Notes: generated from the letters alone by a model not told the origin. A stretch of DNA of 64,000 nt from an uncultured bacterium (GCA_903839725.1 CAIMDG010000002.1:135739-199738), one strand, 5' to 3'; positions 19,761 through 30,300 are shown, numbered from the stretch's first letter. Translations and numbers: made by a program.

Positions 19761-20360
19761 CTACGCGACAACAGGTGTCTTGGGGCGGCAAGCCAGAGGT
19801 TCATAGGAAAACCGATTCGCTTGGCACATATCAAACCTGAGGGCAATTTCATGCATCTCAACAAATGAGTTCTGATGTTTGGAGCCACCGGAACCATGAA
19901 TTTGCCGAGCTTCTTCAAGCGCACATTCCACATACACCCACAAGACGCTGGTGTAAGGAAAGTTCGCAAGATCTTTGATCTTGAAGAGTGTCCGGAAACG
20001 ATGCCAATCATGTTCGAAGCATAAAACTTCCGGCGAAGGTCTTTTCCTAAAATGGAAGGTGAACAATGTAATCACGAACCACACGAAGGATGCACAGTCC
20101 ATAATTGCGACACCCCATAAAGAATAGAGCACCATCGGGCGATGATCAGAAAATATGTGACTGATGTGATACACAACCAAACTGACAAAAAATGCACAGA
20201 AAAGCATATTGACCGCTGCAAGCATTCGACTTCGGAGAAGTTCTTCTTGCTCCGCAATATGTGCACCGGAGACATAGTCTACGGTCACTTTATTGTGACT
20301 GGCCCATATTTTGAAAATATCTTCCAAACCCTTGATAGGTGTCATGTCTGAACGTTTCAT
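19761..20360 (-). CDS. Hypothetical 2-TM protein inserted between secY and adk
   Basis: 199-aa ORF with two hydrophobic helices, flanked by terminator-like hairpins. Confidence 0.55.
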   Translation of the reverse strand: MKRSDMTPIKGLEDIFKIWASHNKVTVDYVSGAHIAEQEELLRSRMLAAVNMLFCAFFVSLVVYHISHIFSDHRPMVLYSLWGVAIMDCASFVWFVITLFTFHFRKRPSPEVLCFEHDWHRFRTLFKIKDLANFPYTSVLWVYVECALEEARQIHGSGGSKHQNSFVEMHEIALRFDMCQANRFSYEPLACRPKTPVVA

Positions 20361-20579
20361 AGGTTTTCAAGGTTCAATCATTATATTCAAGGGATATCAT
20401 ATCCCATTTCACCAAGCGAAAGCTCAGTAAAATCCATAGAACACAACGACTGAATCTACCCAGAAAACTACACCTTACCTACTCGCAAGTCAAAGGATAA
20501 AAATCCTCTTCCAGCAAACAAAAAGAGCGCCTTCGCGCCCTTCTTGTTTCACTATTCCTGCATACGCAGACATGAAATC

Positions 20580-21851
20580 TTAATATTCACGCATCGAAAC
20601 CTGAGCATCAACCTTCTTCAAGAGATCAAGAACAACTGAGACAACGATGAGGAGTGCGGTACCACCGATAGCGAGAGACTTGTTCGAAGTGAATGCCTGC
20701 ATCGCAAGTGGCAACACTGCAATAATACCGAGGAACAATGCACCAAAGAGTGTGATACGAGTAACAATGTTTCCGAGATAATCGCGTGTATGATCACCTG
20801 GACGAACACCGGGAATGAATGCGCCTGAACGTTGGAGGTTCTCAGAAATTTGTTTTGGATCAAACGTAACTGCTGTGTAGAAATAGGTGAACAATACAAC
20901 GAGTATGAAGTATGATGCACCATACACTATTGGGTTATTGAAGAATACTGTAAATGATGTCGCGTAACTCGCAATGACAGCATTTGATACATGACTCAAT
21001 GAATTTGAGATGATCTGAGGGAACAAAAGGATAGAAAGCGCAAAGATGATGGGAATAACTCCTGCTTGATTCAAACGCAATGGAAGATACGTAGAAGCAC
21101 CTCCGTATACCTTGTTACCTCTCACCTGCTTGGCATATGTCACTGGAACTGAACGTTCAGCTTCAGTAATGAAGACGACGCCAGCGATAACAACGAGACC
21201 TACAACCACTGCGGCAATATACATAGGCATATTTGCCGCATCATATCCTGCAATAAATTGCATGAAATCATTTGGAAGACGAGAAACGATACCTGCGAAG
21301 ATAATCAAAGAAACACCGTTTCCGATACCAAATTCTGAGATAAGTTCACCGATCCACATGAGCAAGATAGAACCTGCAGAAACAACGATAACGTTGACGG
21401 TAAGACTAAATGGATTGAGATGTGGTAACACATTTTGTGACTGCAAGAGAAGGATAAAACCGATTGCCTGAAGGACTGCGAGAGGAGCACCCAAAAGACG
21501 TGAGTAGTTTGAAAGCTTATTGCGTCCTGCCTCACCTTCATCTTGTAACAATGCCTTCCACTTTGGGAAGATCATAGTAAGAAGTTGAATAACGATAGAG
21601 CCTGTAATAAATGGACCGACTCCCAACATAACGATAGAGAGATTTGAGACACCTCCACCAGAGAATATATTCAAAAAACCAAAAAACTGACTTGAATCAA
21701 GAAGCTTTGCGAGACTGGCAACATCCACACCAGGAATAGGAATAGTCGCTAACAAACGGAACAATACCAAAGCGCCGATAGTAAAAGCGATACGCTTGCG
21801 CAATACTTTATCCCTGAAAGCTACATTGAGTTTTTCTAAAAATGTTTTCAT
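20580..21851 (-). CDS. secY: Preprotein translocase SecY
   Basis: LGVGPFITGSI, GIGNGVSLIIF, GAFIPGVRPG, IGGTALLIVV. Confidence 0.98.
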   Translation of the reverse strand: MKTFLEKLNVAFRDKVLRKRIAFTIGALVLFRLLATIPIPGVDVASLAKLLDSSQFFGFLNIFSGGGVSNLSIVMLGVGPFITGSIVIQLLTMIFPKWKALLQDEGEAGRNKLSNYSRLLGAPLAVLQAIGFILLLQSQNVLPHLNPFSLTVNVIVVSAGSILLMWIGELISEFGIGNGVSLIIFAGIVSRLPNDFMQFIAGYDAANMPMYIAAVVVGLVVIAGVVFITEAERSVPVTYAKQVRGNKVYGGASTYLPLRLNQAGVIPIIFALSILLFPQIISNSLSHVSNAVIASYATSFTVFFNNPIVYGASYFILVVLFTYFYTAVTFDPKQISENLQRSGAFIPGVRPGDHTRDYLGNIVTRITLFGALFLGIIAVLPLAMQAFTSNKSLAIGGTALLIVVSVVLDLLKKVDAQVSMREY

Positions 21852-21933
21852 ATCAGTTGTTTGTATATAGTATCTTATGTCTCAGACAATATCTAATGGT
21901 AAGACAAAGACTGCGTAGAGCAGTCGTTGTTCT

Positions 21934-22590
21934 TTACTTAGCTTTTACTTCCTTCTTTGCAGGAGCAACTTTCTCTTTTTTCTCTACCTTTTCAACTTTT
22001 TCAGCTTTTGGAGCTGCAGGCTTTGCTCCTGCCTGCGCAGACAGGGCCTTAGGTTTCTTTTCTGCCTTAGCAGGAGCTTCTGCTGGCATAACTTTTGCTT
22101 GAGCAACACGTGCTGCAGTTACTTTGTTTGAGGCTGTTTGAGAAGCAGTAATCTCTACTGTTCCGCCAGCTTTCTTGATCTTTTCAAGAGCTGATTCTGA
22201 GATAGCAAGACCTGAAATTTTGAAAGCTTTTGTAACTTCACCTTCTCCGAGAATCTTCATCCAAGGAACACGTCCTGAAGATGTTGAGACAATACCCTTT
22301 TCAAGAAGGATTGCTGGAGTGATAGCGTCACCTGCTGAGAATACTGCTTCGAGGACATCGACATTCACAACAACTGGCTTCTCAGCGAATGCCTTGTTTT
22401 GATTGACGCCACGACCGCGCAACTTTGGAAGTTTCTTGATGATATCGCGCCATTCTGGACGACGCTTGTTTCCGGCACGAGCAGACTGACCCTTGCCTCC
22501 ACGACCTGCAGTCTTACCGCGCTTACCACCACGAGCGACGATAACGCGCTTCATGTTAGGTGTCTTACGTTGTAGTTGATTGGTTTGCAT
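21934..22590 (-). CDS. rplO: 50S ribosomal protein L15 with Lys/Ala-rich C-terminal extension
   Basis: GKTAGRGGKGQSAR, KLPKLRG. Confidence 0.95.
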   Translation of the reverse strand: MQTNQLQRKTPNMKRVIVARGGKRGKTAGRGGKGQSARAGNKRRPEWRDIIKKLPKLRGRGVNQNKAFAEKPVVVNVDVLEAVFSAGDAITPAILLEKGIVSTSSGRVPWMKILGEGEVTKAFKISGLAISESALEKIKKAGGTVEITASQTASNKVTAARVAQAKVMPAEAPAKAEKKPKALSAQAGAKPAAPKAEKVEKVEKKEKVAPAKKEVKAK

Positions 22591-22606
22591 GGAATTAAAT
22601 TAGTTA

Positions 22607-22637
22607 AAAGTTTACAGTGAAAAATGAAAAGTTATTT
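22607..22637. repeat. 31-bp intergenic repeat (identical at 27380-27410; similar at 54019-54046)
   Basis: aaagtttacagtgaaaaatgaaaagttattt. Confidence 0.85.
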
Positions 22638-23345
22638 TACACTTCTCTCTTTGTGAACATTGAGAGTGGCACGATTGACCTTACTCAATTTCTGGAGAGC
22701 GACGATAGCGGCACGAGCGTTATTCAAGCGATTCTTACTTCCCGAAAGAAACTTCGCACAGACATCCTTGATACCTGCAAGTTCGATAACAGCACGAGCT
22801 GATGATCCTGCAACAACTCCACGTCCACGAGCTGGAAAAATCATGATGCGAGCACTTGCATACTTTGCTTCAACAGCATGAGGAATAGTCATTTGAGCTG
22901 ACAATGGAACCTTGATGAGGTTTTTCTTTGCAGCACGAGTAGCTTTGTCGACTGCAGAAGCAGTATCGATACTCTTGCCCAAACCAACACCAACGCGACC
23001 CTTGCGATCACCTGCAACAACTGCGACACTGAAGTTCATACGGCGACCACCAGTTGTCACACGAGTAACACGGCGGATATCGATAATCTTTGAATCAAAT
23101 TCTGGCTTAACACGTTCACGATTGCCTCCCTCGCGACTTCCACCACGACTGCCGCCGCGAGCACCAGTAGGACCACTGTGACTACCACGACGAGCTGGAT
23201 CACCACGCATCTTGCGACCTGGAGTAATCTTTGAGTCAGATGTAGGCATTCCTGCTGCAGCTGTAGGATCAATGATTGTTTCAGTAACAACTCCTGTTGC
23301 TGGAATAGTTGTCTCTGTATGTATTTTTGTATCTTTTGCTGTCAT
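22632..23345 (-). CDS. rpsE: 30S ribosomal protein S5
   Basis: IRRVTRVTTGGRR.NFS...G.VGVG.GK. Confidence 0.97.
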   Translation of the reverse strand: MTAKDTKIHTETTIPATGVVTETIIDPTAAAGMPTSDSKITPGRKMRGDPARRGSHSGPTGARGGSRGGSREGGNRERVKPEFDSKIIDIRRVTRVTTGGRRMNFSVAVVAGDRKGRVGVGLGKSIDTASAVDKATRAAKKNLIKVPLSAQMTIPHAVEAKYASARIMIFPARGRGVVAGSSARAVIELAGIKDVCAKFLSGSKNRLNNARAAIVALQKLSKVNRATLNVHKERSVK

Positions 23346-23359
23346 ATATGTATTGAAAA

Positions 23360-23710
23360 TTAGAATTCAAGTCCTCCTTCACGAGCAGAATCAGCGACCA
23401 TCTTGATCTTGCCTGTATACAAGAAACCTCCGCGATCAAAGACAACCTTGGTAATCTTTGCTGCCTTGGCCTTCTTTGCAATCTCCATACCTACCAACTG
23501 TGCAGATTCAACAGGAGTCTTGCCTTTTGTTGAACGTGAATCAGTCGCAACAAGAGTGTGACCCTTTGTATCATCGATGATCTGAGCGTAGATATATTTG
23601 TGAGACTTGAAAACAGCCAAACGAGGACGTTCTGGTGTACCTTGAATCTTCGCGCGAATACGGATTCTGCGTCGTGCGAATACTGCTTGTTTTTTCTGGA
23701 GTGTGTTCAT
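23360..23710 (-). CDS. rplR: 50S ribosomal protein L18
   Basis: RPRLAVFKS...VVFDRGG. Confidence 0.97.
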   Translation of the reverse strand: MNTLQKKQAVFARRRIRIRAKIQGTPERPRLAVFKSHKYIYAQIIDDTKGHTLVATDSRSTKGKTPVESAQLVGMEIAKKAKAAKITKVVFDRGGFLYTGKIKMVADSAREGGLEF

Positions 23711-23732
23711 AGTAGTAGATTTGAATCAAGAA

Positions 23733-24266
23733 TTATGCAGCTTTCTTACCTTGCTTGCGTCTGATGACCTCATCTGAATAACGAATACCCTTTCCAAGAT
23801 ATGGTTCAGGTTTCTTCAAAGCACGAACGACTGCGGCAAACTGACCAACCTTTTCGCAATCAATACCAGAAACAATAACCATGTTCTTTTCGGTAGTAAC
23901 TTTGAGGTCTGTAGGAATAGGAACATTGACAGGGTGTGAAAAACCAAGAGCCAACGCAAGAGTAGTACCCTTTACATCGGCCTTGAATCCGATACCTTCA
24001 ACGATAAGTCTCTTTTCGTATGGTTTGTGAACACCAGCGAGCATATTTTTGATATGAGACGCGTATGTTCCCCAGAGAGCCGTAGTCTGAAGTGATGAAC
24101 CGTTTGGAGTGAGAGTGATCTCATTATTTGCAATCTCAACATTGATAGTTGGGCGAACAATTTTACTCAAAGAACCGAGAGGACCTTTTATAGTGATAAC
24201 ACCAGCAGCAAATGTTGCTTCTGTCTTTGCGGGTATAGCGATAGGTTTTTTAGCAATTCTTGACAT
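23733..24266 (-). CDS. rplF: 50S ribosomal protein L6
   Basis: MSRIAKKPI...PEPYLGKGIRY. Confidence 0.97.
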   Translation of the reverse strand: MSRIAKKPIAIPAKTEATFAAGVITIKGPLGSLSKIVRPTINVEIANNEITLTPNGSSLQTTALWGTYASHIKNMLAGVHKPYEKRLIVEGIGFKADVKGTTLALALGFSHPVNVPIPTDLKVTTEKNMVIVSGIDCEKVGQFAAVVRALKKPEPYLGKGIRYSDEVIRRKQGKKAA

Positions 24267-24276
24267 ATAGTTATTA

Positions 24277-24675
24277 TTACCAAATTTTGAAGAGAATTTC
24301 ACCGCCGACCTTGTTTTTCTTTGCTTCTCCGTCAGTCATGATGCCTTTTGGAGTAGAAAAGAATGTATTGCCGAATCCACTGCGGTACATACGAATATCA
24401 GCCGACTTCTGATACACGCGACGTGATGATTTTGAAATGCGCTCAACTCCGTGAATGCGAGCATTGCCTTCGAGATCGTACACAAGACCCAATGTAATAG
24501 TCTTTGTGAATGATCCAACTTTCTTTTTGTCTACAGAAATGAGATATCCTGCCTTCTTGAGAGCGTGAGCAATATTCTCGGTAAGCTTCGAGTAGGTAGC
24601 ATCAACTGACGCTTTCTTGGCGTCACTTCCGTTTTTCAAGCGGATGATGAGATCTGAAATAGAATCGGTAACCAT
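24277..24675 (-). CDS. rpsH: 30S ribosomal protein S8
   Basis: MVTDSISDLIIRLKN...STPKGIM...GGE. Confidence 0.96.
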   Translation of the reverse strand: MVTDSISDLIIRLKNGSDAKKASVDATYSKLTENIAHALKKAGYLISVDKKKVGSFTKTITLGLVYDLEGNARIHGVERISKSSRRVYQKSADIRMYRSGFGNTFFSTPKGIMTDGEAKKNKVGGEILFKIW

Positions 24676-24703
24676 AATAGTGTATATAAAAATTAAACAG
24701 AAA

Positions 24704-24889
24704 TTACCATGAAGACTTCTTGATACCTGGAATTGCGCCTTCATTGGCGAATTCACGGAAACAAATACGACAGAGATCAAAATCTCTCATATAAGAACGC
24801 TTGCGACCGCAACGGAAACAACGACGAACTACACGCGACTTAAACTTCGGTGTCTTTTGTGATCTTACTATTACTGATGTTTTCGCCAT
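24704..24889 (-). CDS. rpsN: 30S ribosomal protein S14, zinc-binding type
   Basis: RCFRCGR...LCRICFRE...IPGIKKSSW. Confidence 0.96.
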   Translation of the reverse strand: MAKTSVIVRSQKTPKFKSRVVRRCFRCGRKRSYMRDFDLCRICFREFANEGAIPGIKKSSW

Positions 24890-24994
24890 AATGATTATTT
24901 GTCCAAAGAAATGAGGATTGGTTAGCTATGCCCTTTCGGGTTGTGCTTCCAATCGCTTGTTCTAAGATAACCTTGTTTTATTAAGGTATTCAAG

Positions 24995-25023
24995 ATACTA
25001 GCAGATACATTGAATAGAGTCAA
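24995..25023 (-). promoter_or_regulatory. Internal sigma70 promoter upstream of rpsN
   Basis: TTGACT-17 bp-TAGTAT. Confidence 0.6.
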
Positions 25024-25037
25024 CTAATTTTTATTCA

Positions 25038-25160
25038 GGAACAAGAGAGGTGGTGTGTACTCACTTTCTGCAGAATTTTGGAAACGCTTGTGACGAACTA
25101 ATATGCCACAGTGTCTCTAAAATTCTGCAGAAAGTGAGTACACACCACCTCTCTTGTTCC
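25038..25160. repeat. Family B long hairpin, copy 1 (42-bp perfect IR plus imperfect extension)
   Basis: Arms 25038-25079 / 25119-25160. Confidence 0.9.
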
Positions 25161-25181
25161 GATAACTATTATGCACGTATA

Positions 25182-25209
25182 CAAAAAATCACCCTCTCGG
25201 GTGATTTTT
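25182..25209 (-). terminator. Terminator after rplE
   Basis: aaaaatcaccc-tctc-gggtgattttt. Confidence 0.75.
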
Positions 25210-25216
25210 CTTTGTA

Positions 25217-25771
25217 TTATTTCTTAGCTTCTTCTCTCTTCAAAGGCATTCCAAGATATTCGAGGAAAGCGAGAGTATTCTTTTTATCATTTGAAGTTGT
25301 AACGATAGTGATAGCGAAACCAAACACATCCTTCAAATCTTCATCAGCTGTTTCAGGGAAAATAGTGTGTTCCTTGATGCCCATTGTGTAGTTACCCATA
25401 GCATCAACTGAAGTTCGTGAGAGACCACGGAAGTCCTTTGTGCGAGGAAGTGCAACATTGATGAGGCGATCCAAGAATTCACACATACGCTTGCCACGGA
25501 GAGTGATCTGGTATCCAACAGCATCACCTTGGCGTGTCTTGAATGTAGCGATGGCCTTCTTTGTTACACGTGTTGCAGGCTTCTGACCGGTGATCTTTGC
25601 GAGACGATCTGCAATGAGTTCAATCTTCTTTTTATCGCGAACTGAACCAAAGCCGTTTGAAACAACAACCTTGAGCAAACGAGGAGTCTGCATAGCATTC
25701 TTCAAGCCCAAAGGAGCCTTGAGAGTAGCGTAAGAATTCTTATTGAGTTCGTATACTGTTGTGTGTTTCAT
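25217..25771 (-). CDS. rplE: 50S ribosomal protein L5
   Basis: ITGQKP...FKTRQG...TLRG...LPRTKDFRG. Confidence 0.97.
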   Translation of the reverse strand: MKHTTVYELNKNSYATLKAPLGLKNAMQTPRLLKVVVSNGFGSVRDKKKIELIADRLAKITGQKPATRVTKKAIATFKTRQGDAVGYQITLRGKRMCEFLDRLINVALPRTKDFRGLSRTSVDAMGNYTMGIKEHTIFPETADEDLKDVFGFAITIVTTSNDKKNTLAFLEYLGMPLKREEAKK

Positions 25772-25816
25772 ATGTTTGTTTTATTCGTTGCATTCGAATT
25801 ATTCGTAGATTCGTAG

Positions 25817-26035
25817 CTATTCTGCCTTCTTTACTTTGGAAGCATACATAGGCATTGCAACTTCGACTGTCTGACCCTTCTGGCCTTCCTTACGAGGTTT
25901 CTGGTGCTTCTTGACGGTATTCATGCCTTCGATGATAACTTTGCCAGTTGCAGGAAAAGCACTGACAATTTTTCCTTTTTTGCCTTTCTCATCACCTGAG
26001 AGTATTACGACTGTGTCTCCTTTCTTTACATGCAT
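25817..26035 (-). CDS. rplX: 50S ribosomal protein L24 (short form)
   Basis: MHVKKGDTVVILSG.EKGK.G. Confidence 0.95.
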   Translation of the reverse strand: MHVKKGDTVVILSGDEKGKKGKIVSAFPATGKVIIEGMNTVKKHQKPRKEGQKGQTVEVAMPMYASKVKKAE

Positions 26036-26056
26036 GGTAGTAGTATTAATTAAAAA

Positions 26057-26428
26057 TTATACAATCTCGGGAGCTCGTGAAGCAATCGTCTTGAATCCAG
26101 CTTCGCCGACTTCGCGTGGGATTGGGCCGAAAATACGTCCTGCAATAGGTTCCTTCTTGTCCTTTTCGATAATAACAACTGCGTTTTCATCAAAACGAAT
26201 ATATGAACCATCCTTGCGGCGTGAAGCTTTTGTCTGGCGAACTACGACTGCATGAAGAACGTCTTTCTTCTTGATAGTCTTACGAGGTTCAGCCTTTTGT
26301 ACTGAAAGAACCACAACTTCACCAAGTTCTGCATAACGCTTCTTTGAAGAACCGAGAACTTTGAAGATACGTCCGATCTTTGCACCGGAATTATCTGCGA
26401 TATTAACAATTGAACGTGGTTGAATCAT
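26057..26428 (-). CDS. rplN: 50S ribosomal protein L14
   Basis: ADNSGAK...RIFGP. Confidence 0.98.
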   Translation of the reverse strand: MIQPRSIVNIADNSGAKIGRIFKVLGSSKKRYAELGEVVVLSVQKAEPRKTIKKKDVLHAVVVRQTKASRRKDGSYIRFDENAVVIIEKDKKEPIAGRIFGPIPREVGEAGFKTIASRAPEIV

Positions 26429-26440
26429 GGTAGTGGGAAA

Positions 26441-26701
26441 TTATGCAATGACTTTAAAAGCCTTGTTCTTTGAAATTGGGCGGCATGCCTCAATAGTTGC
26501 CTTGTCCCCTATCTTCTTTGTATTACCAACGTCGTGGGCCATAAGCTTGGTACGCTTGACCTGATACTTCTGATACTTCGCGTGCTTGACGAAACGCTCG
26601 ATCACAACGACTGTTGTGTCTTTCATCTTGTCAGAAACAACAACACCACTGAATGTCTGGCGCTTTACTTCTTTTTTTGGTTGTGTCTTTGTTGTGGTCA
26701 T
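26441..26701 (-). CDS. rpsQ: 30S ribosomal protein S17
   Basis: GVVVSDKM...CRPISK. Confidence 0.97.
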   Translation of the reverse strand: MTTTKTQPKKEVKRQTFSGVVVSDKMKDTTVVVIERFVKHAKYQKYQVKRTKLMAHDVGNTKKIGDKATIEACRPISKNKAFKVIA

Positions 26702-26740
26702 GAGTTTCGAGTTTACTTGAAGTTGAGTACTTTGTCTAGG

Positions 26741-26932
26741 TTAGGCGTTTTTCTTTTGAGTAAGGACGGTCATTATCTGAGCGATCTCTTTTCTGATAGC
26801 ACGACCTTCTTTGACGTTCTTGGTCTTTGCTCCAGCTGTTCCGAAACGGAATGTGCGAAGTGTTTCTCGCTTTGTTGCGATGAGCTGATTCAAATCAGCA
26901 ACTGTTTTATTTGTAATATCTTTTGTCTTCAT
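26741..26932 (-). CDS. rpmC: 50S ribosomal protein L29
   Basis: Position and RKEIAQIMT motif. Confidence 0.92.
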   Translation of the reverse strand: MKTKDITNKTVADLNQLIATKRETLRTFRFGTAGAKTKNVKEGRAIRKEIAQIMTVLTQKKNA

Positions 26933-26936
26933 AAAA

Positions 26937-27362
26937 TTATACGCGACTTACGATTTTGGTTTTAACAGGAAGCTTTGTACCAGCCTTGCGGAGAGCTTCT
27001 GCGGCAACTGCATTGTCGACACCGTCGATCTCGAACATGATACGACCTGGCTTGACCTCAGCAACGAAACCGATTGGTTCACCTTTACCCTTTCCCATTT
27101 TCACTTCGGCAGGCTTCTGTGTGAAAGGCATGTCTGGGAAAATACGGATCCAAACTTTACCAGATTTTGTAGCATAACGAGCCATAACCTTACGAGCTGC
27201 CTCGATTTGGTTTGACGTGATACGTCCGTACTTCATCGCCTTGAGGCCGTATGAGCCAAAAGCGAGAGTGACGCCACGAGTTTCGGTCTTAAGCGCCTCC
27301 TTGACTGGATGCTTACGCTTAACGAAATGCTTGCGATGCTTTACTTTCTTAGGGAATAACAT
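26937..27362 (-). CDS. rplP: 50S ribosomal protein L16
   Basis: QIEAAR...WIRIFPD...MGKGKG. Confidence 0.98.
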   Translation of the reverse strand: MLFPKKVKHRKHFVKRKHPVKEALKTETRGVTLAFGSYGLKAMKYGRITSNQIEAARKVMARYATKSGKVWIRIFPDMPFTQKPAEVKMGKGKGEPIGFVAEVKPGRIMFEIDGVDNAVAAEALRKAGTKLPVKTKIVSRV

Positions 27363-27379
27363 GGTAGTAAGGTTAGTTT

Positions 27380-27410
27380 AAAGTTTACAGTGAAAAATGA
27401 AAAGTTATTT
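27380..27410. repeat. 31-bp intergenic repeat, copy 2
   Basis: Identical to 22607-22637. Confidence 0.85.
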
Positions 27411-28079
27411 AGCGGCAACATCCTTCTTAAATATCTCGCCTTTATATATCCAGACCTTGATACCAATATCTCCGTAGGTCATATGAGCCTTCTCGCGAGC
27501 GAAGTCGATATCTGCACGCAATGTCTGAAGAGGAATACGTCCTTTCTTGAGCTCTTCACTGCGGGCGATCTCAGCTCCACCCAAACGACCACCCAAACGA
27601 ATACGGATACCGAGAACTTCCTTGTTTGCCATAACCTTTTCGATGGTCTGCTTCATAACACGACGGAATGGGAGACGCTTTTCGAGAGCTTCAGCAATCA
27701 TGAGGCCAGTGATAGCGGCGTTTGATTCTGGAGTGCGGATTTCTTCGATATCGAGCTTGAGTTCCTGACCCTTGAGTTCAACCTTATTATCACGGAGGAG
27801 TTTGAGGAGCTTTTCGCGGAGCTTAACAACACCGTCACCAGCCTTACCGATGAGCATACCTGGACGTGATGTCTTCACGATGACACGGAGAGCCTTTTGA
27901 TTGCGTTCAATGTCGAGACCACCGAGATAGAATGAGCGGAGTTCTTTGTGGAGGAATTCACGGATGATGAGGTCCCCTTTCAAAGCACTACGATATGCTT
28001 TGTCAGTACCAAACCAACGACTCTTCCAGTCGCGAATGATTCCAAGTCTATGAGAATATGGGTGTACGGTGTGTGACAT
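27405..28079 (-). CDS. rpsC: 30S ribosomal protein S3
   Basis: GRLGGAEIAR...PLQTLRADID...GIKVWIY. Confidence 0.98.
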   Translation of the reverse strand: MSHTVHPYSHRLGIIRDWKSRWFGTDKAYRSALKGDLIIREFLHKELRSFYLGGLDIERNQKALRVIVKTSRPGMLIGKAGDGVVKLREKLLKLLRDNKVELKGQELKLDIEEIRTPESNAAITGLMIAEALEKRLPFRRVMKQTIEKVMANKEVLGIRIRLGGRLGGAEIARSEELKKGRIPLQTLRADIDFAREKAHMTYGDIGIKVWIYKGEIFKKDVAAK

Positions 28080-28083
28080 AGTA

Positions 28084-28455
28084 TTACTTATTGTTTTTCT
28101 TAGCTTTTACCTTTGGAGCCTTTGCTTCTGCGGCAGCAAGAGTAATAGTAACGTGACTTGTGCGCTTCTTGATAGGAAATGCTGAACCACGTGCCATTGG
28201 CTGACTGCGCTTCAAAACAAAACCCTGATCAACACGAATCTCTTTTACAAAAAGACTGTCTGCGGTGATTTTGAAATTGTGTGATGCATTTGCAACAGCT
28301 GAATCGAGCAAATCTGCCAAAGGATGCTTTGCAGCTTTTGTTGCACCAACAAGAATAATCTTGGCTTGTGCGACATTTTTGCCACGAATCATATCAGCAA
28401 CGAGACGAACCTTGCGTGGTGAAATTCTGTAATTTTTGAGAGATGCAGTAATCAT
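28084..28455 (-). CDS. rplV: 50S ribosomal protein L22
   Basis: RISPRKVRLVAD...KRTSH. Confidence 0.97.
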   Translation of the reverse strand: MITASLKNYRISPRKVRLVADMIRGKNVAQAKIILVGATKAAKHPLADLLDSAVANASHNFKITADSLFVKEIRVDQGFVLKRSQPMARGSAFPIKKRTSHVTITLAAAEAKAPKVKAKKNNK

Positions 28456-28464
28456 GTCAGTGTA

Positions 28465-28818
28465 TTATTTTTTTGGTGCAGTAGCTGAAGTAGCTGCTTC
28501 CTTTGCTGATTTTGCAGCATTCATTTCTGCTTCCTTGGCTTTCAATTCGAGTTCCTTTTGCATCTTACCTCCATGACGTACGAACTTGCGTGTAGGTGCA
28601 AATTCACCGAGGCGGTGTCCAACCATATCCTCGGTGACCAATACTTCTACGTGTACGCGACCATTATGAACTCCAAATGTGAATCCGACCATTTCTGGTG
28701 AAATCTGAGAACGGCGTGACCATGTCTTAATAACCCCAGCTGTTGCAGGTTTCTTGCCTGAGATTTTAGTCAGGAGTCTCTCTTCGATATAGGGTCCTTT
28801 TTTAAGCGATCGTGCCAT
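28465..28818 (-). CDS. rpsS: 30S ribosomal protein S19
   Basis: [10 protein letters not shown]...TWSRRS...[10 protein letters not shown]. Confidence 0.98.
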   Translation of the reverse strand: MARSLKKGPYIEERLLTKISGKKPATAGVIKTWSRRSQISPEMVGFTFGVHNGRVHVEVLVTEDMVGHRLGEFAPTRKFVRHGGKMQKELELKAKEAEMNAAKSAKEAATSATAPKK

Positions 28819-28983
28819 AAAATATTATCGTAATGTTGAAAAGTAGAATAAAAGAAGCTCCGATGAGCTCGACAAGTATGCTAACAGAATGAGTATATGA
28901 AGTCAAGGATGTGGCTTGAATATAAGGCGAGAATGAAAAAGCCGCCCTCCATATTGCGAGGGCGGCGGTGATTTTACGGGACG

Positions 28984-30300
28984 TTAGCCGAGGTGAATGA
29001 TGTGCTCATCTCCTTCGAGACCGAGATGGCGCGCATTCAAATCATCATACGTTTCCGCACGACAGATTCGGCGAACATTGCCGAGACCGTCGAGGAGTAA
29101 TTCCTGCGGACGACAACGGCCGTTGTAATTGAAACCCATGGCCGAGCCGTGCGCACCAGTATCGTGGGTGATAAAGAGATCCCCTTCACGAGGATCCGGC
29201 AGCATGCCCTTTTTGAGCACCAGATCACAGCCTTCGCAGATGGGGCCGGCACCAGAGACTTCAATAATTGGACGACTACCTTCGCCGATCAGAAAACCAT
29301 CTTGCTCCAACACGGTGCAGTGGTGATAGGCTTTGGAATACATACCAACACGCATGAGCGCGGGCATGGCAACTTGGAGACCGGCGAATTCGATATATTT
29401 GCGATATCGATTGATCACGCGGTTGACCAATACTCCATGGGGGCCAGTTACGAAACGGCCACTTTCCATGAAGAGAGACGGCACAAAACCGTTAAGTTCA
29501 AAAAATTGAACTGCTGATTCCTTGCACTCAGTGGCGAAGGCCTCGAGGTCGAATGGTGTATCACCGGGGCGATACGGAATACCCAAACCGCCACCAACAT
29601 TGACGAATTCGAGTTCGATACCGAGCTCGTCAAGCAAACGCTTCGCAATATCGAGAAGCAACTTATAGGTCGCGACCAAATTCGTATAATCGAGGTTATT
29701 CGAACACACCATCGTGTGTAAACCGAAACGTGTTGCGCCGGCCTGATAGGCTTGGCGATACGCTTCGACGATCAGTTCGATCGGAACACCATACTTGGAA
29801 TCAGGGTCAGCCATGCTGCGCATATCCTTCGAACCGTCAGCCGAGGAAACGCCCGGATGTAACCGAAAAGAAATGAGATTCGGAAATGGGCCGAGAGCTT
29901 GAACTTTTTTGATGTATTCAATTCCGTCGAGGTTGAGGATGCAGCCACCACAAGAACGCAGCGCTTCGATCAACTCCTCTTCCGAGGTGTCGTTCGAAGT
30001 GAACATGATATCCTCCGGTCGGGCTCCGGCGTAGCGAGCCAAACGGAGTTCAGGAATGGAGCTGCAGTCGAAGCCGCAGTCTTCAGATTTGATGATGTCC
30101 ATGATTGCCGGCTTGGGAAGCGCCTTGACCGCGTAGAACTCCTTGAAGTCCATCTGGCGGAAGCTGAATGCATTCTTCAAGGTGCGGAGTGTATCCCGGA
30201 TTCCTGGCTCATAGTAAATATGGTAGGGCGGAGCGAATTTTTTGTTGATCGCAGCGAGCTTTGGAAAAAGCGCCTGCATGAATTCTTGACTCATTGGCAT
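28984..30300 (-). CDS. lysA: Diaminopimelate decarboxylase
   Basis: FYAVKA (PLP Lys), FDCSS, SKYG, NVGGG, ESGR, GPICE, HDTGAHG.AMGFNYN. Confidence 0.88.
   Translation of the reverse strand: MPMSQEFMQALFPKLAAINKKFAPPYHIYYEPGIRDTLRTLKNAFSFRQMDFKEFYAVKALPKPAIMDIIKSEDCGFDCSSIPELRLARYAGARPEDIMFTSNDTSEEELIEALRSCGGCILNLDGIEYIKKVQALGPFPNLISFRLHPGVSSADGSKDMRSMADPDSKYGVPIELIVEAYRQAYQAGATRFGLHTMVCSNNLDYTNLVATYKLLLDIAKRLLDELGIELEFVNVGGGLGIPYRPGDTPFDLEAFATECKESAVQFFELNGFVPSLFMESGRFVTGPHGVLVNRVINRYRKYIEFAGLQVAMPALMRVGMYSKAYHHCTVLEQDGFLIGEGSRPIIEVSGAGPICEGCDLVLKKGMLPDPREGDLFITHDTGAHGSAMGFNYNGRCRPQELLLDGLGNVRRICRAETYDDLNARHLGLEGDEHIIHLG

Noticed and set aside
22591-22631. Absence of rpmD (L30) as a novelty
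   Set aside because: Known general feature of CPR bacteria; used only as a taxonomic clue
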